Shown here: positions 8,953 through 9,697 of the stretch, one piece after another
How positions within the stretch are numbered: the first letter of the stretch is position 1
How the letters are laid out: every line of letters starts with the position of its first letter
Notes under the pieces: model-generated
The model's input: the letters and a program-made list of their open reading frames with translations, nothing else
Database searches by the model: none
Told to the model about the DNA's origin: nothing
NCBI GenBank assembly: GCA_030141605.1
Contig: JAQGDQ010001447.1
Location: 30,860-40,556 of the forward strand
Source of the DNA: Tubiluchus corallicola
Taxonomy: Eukaryota; Animalia; Priapulida
Direction of reading: 5' to 3'
Length of the DNA stretch: 9,697 nucleotides
Program-made: the position numbers and the translations under genes

Positions 8953-9697
8953 GTTTGTTGCCCCTACTCAAGCTTTGGACTTTGTTATACAATAAACTGT
9001 AATATCAAAATGTAGGCATTGTTTAAGGATCTATTGAAAAACAAAAAACTGATTGATGTAGTATTTTGTAAATTTGGTCTCTTGCTGTCTTTTTGTTGTC
9101 TTTTAACACTTTTACTGTGTAGCCCTGCTGTTACTACTGCTCATCCTGCTCATCTCTAGAGAGCGTCATGTCACAGCTGTCGTTAATAATAAACGTAGCT
9201 TCTGTAGATTTCAGCCATTAATGCCTTTGCAAATGATGTTAAAAAGCACTTGAGTTTGAGAACAGTGGTGATACAAATCACATCCTTCCTACTGTAGCAT
9301 AACTAAATATTAAAATTTTGTTTTTAGCTTTTTTGGGGGAAATGAGAAAACCTTTTTTACACATGCTTCTGTGTGAATTCCATAGTTAGGAATTCTGCTA
9401 TTTTTACAAATCATATGTTCAGTGAGAAGTCGCATCTTTTTACTGAATGTCATTTTTGGGCATCATTTCCGAATATTTCTTTGGCATTTCTTTTTTCTGT
9501 TTTTTTAAGTGATAAAGGCTATGATGATGATGATACTGATTATAATAATAATATTTGACACAATTTTTTGCATACCAAACTAATGTTGAATTTAATTCAT
9601 TTACACGTACTTGGTGGTTATATGAAAACAAAGATGATTAATTATAACAATTATGATTATAGGGTTATAATGCACATAAGTTTTTACTTAACTATAA

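Noticed and set aside
8769-9002. Stand-alone 77-aa single-exon gene, as given in the ORF track
   Set aside because: The start is GTG and there is no signal peptide. Splice sites delimit only 8803-8952, so the flanking residues are intronic.

Overview
This is AT-rich, intron-containing animal (probably invertebrate) genomic DNA. There is no sign of a prokaryotic operon, CRISPR array or defence system. The supplied ORF track misses the main gene. On the minus strand are the last two coding exons of an SR splicing factor of the SRSF11/SRp54 family: 5467-5386 (RS/RD-rich) and 4099-3923 (…RDYDEEEKGYSSEKE…VDMETDSD*), with canonical, phase-compatible splice sites. On the plus strand is one intact, symmetric phase 1-1 exon for an LDL-receptor class A module (8803-8952), which apparently lies inside an SRSF11 intron. 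The rest is a dense patchwork of non-autonomous elements: two hAT-like MITEs, a MITE with inverted DR1-like motifs, a pogo/Tigger-like MITE containing a 5S rRNA-headed SINE with a Vingi/Ingi-like body, a Kolobok-like element and a decayed tRNA-like head. There are also a 42-bp minisatellite and a ~0.8 kb (GA)n tract. The best leads are the antisense nested or interleaved gene arrangement, a candidate poison/decoy exon in the last SRSF11 intron, and the composite 5S-SINE. Family assignments rest on recognising motifs from memory; no database search was run.
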